In this document: piece by piece, positions 63,116 to 64,000 of the stretch
How the letters are laid out: every line of letters starts with the position of its first letter
Numbering within the stretch: the stretch's first letter is position 1
Origin: Amphiscolops sp. MND2022
Taxonomy: Eukaryota
NCBI GenBank assembly: GCA_964187785.1
Contig: OZ076409.1
Location: 47,556,001 to 47,620,000 of the forward strand
Direction: 5' to 3'
Length of the DNA: 64,000 nucleotides
Program-made: the position numbers and the translations under genes
Notes under the pieces: generated by a model
The model's database searches: none
Told to the model about the DNA's origin: nothing
The model's input: only the letters and a program-made list of their open reading frames with translations

Positions 63116-64000
63116 ATCTCGTCGGGTTACCAGTATTCTGGAGTATTCTGGAGCGATGCGGTCGCAAACCCTCCGATGGATTGAAACAAGTGGTTTGACC
63201 TTTTTCAAGTAGCTATAATGGCCAAATACTCCATATCCATTACGGAATTGACCAGAAATGTGGATCAGCAAAACCCCAGGGTTCGCGCTCTTCTCGGGGA
63301 TCTCGACGAGGATCCTGCAAACAAAAAAGTATTTAGTATCCTATACCTGTCATTAGGCGAACCCGCAAGAAAACAGTTCATGGATAAATATCCACACAGA
63401 GCACTGTGGGATTTAAAAGCCCAAGAATTGATAAACCTTTGCATCGAGTGTTTTCGGAAAAAGAGAAATAGAACGCTCGATAGACACCGACTCTTTTCAC
63501 GATATCAACAACAAGGAGAATCTCTGTTTCAATTTTGGCACGCCCTAAATGGGCTTGCGGCATTGTGCGACTTCGGGGAAATAACACCCACCCTGCTCCT
63601 GGACATGTTTATACTTCACATGAACAATAAAAAGGTGCAAGAAAAATTGTGCACTGAGCCTAAGGAACCTGACCAAGCATTAGAGTTCGCCCTTGCTTTT
63701 GGTGAAGGAATACAACGGCAAAAAGCCTATGGCGCACAAGCACCTGAATCAACAAAAACAGCTATAAAAAGTGAACCGGTCTAAGCCGTGGAGAAGACTA
63801 ACCCCAGGGAGTATTATAGATGTGGGGCAGCTAACTTCACCATGGATCACGTCAACTTCTGCATGGCCACCAACCACCGTTGTAAATTTTGTCAGCTGAT
63901 TGGGCATTTAGAGAAGTGTTGCAATAAAAAATTTCCCCAGCGGCAGAAAGAGATATTGCAACGACTGAAGAGCCGGGACAACAAAAAAGGAATGCGAAGA
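63116..64000 (+). pseudogene. gag: Gypsy (Mag-like) gag with two Zn knuckles, running off the window end
   Basis: RHRLFSRYQQQGESLFQF...LAALCDFG...DMFILHM. After the stop at 63784: YRCGAANFTMDHVNFC and CKFCQLIGHLEKCC. In-frame stops present. Confidence 0.85.

Overview
Eukaryotic, AT-rich, repeat-dense DNA (animal-like) with no recognisable host gene, rRNA, intact tRNA or CRISPR array. Almost all of it is nested, decayed transposable elements. The main signal is three related but diverged Ty3/gypsy LTR retrotransposons sharing an unusual four-gene layout: A at ~11362-22306 (-), B at ~22307-32795 (+) and C at 39518-53311 (-, both LTRs plus a 5-bp TSD). The layout is: (1) gag whose first ~190 codons lie inside the LTR; (2) pol; (3) a large ANTISENSE, intron-containing gene with a BED-like Zn finger and motifs resembling a hAT transposase lacking its catalytic Asp; (4) a divergently transcribed sense ORF with a SUMO-interacting-like motif and CxxCGK, whose C-terminus runs through the PPT into the LTR U3. 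Intron positions, the start context, a post-stop hairpin and the codon at the LTR boundary are shared between copies. Family-specific short motif arrays (e.g. CCGCATA) cluster in non-coding parts. Also present: solo LTRs of the same group, DINE-1/HINE-like Helentron-type repeats, a Tc1-like non-autonomous insertion, a Mag-like gypsy gag with PBS, a degenerate pol and a 131-bp near-perfect palindrome. All protein-family calls are by-eye motif comparisons, not database hits.
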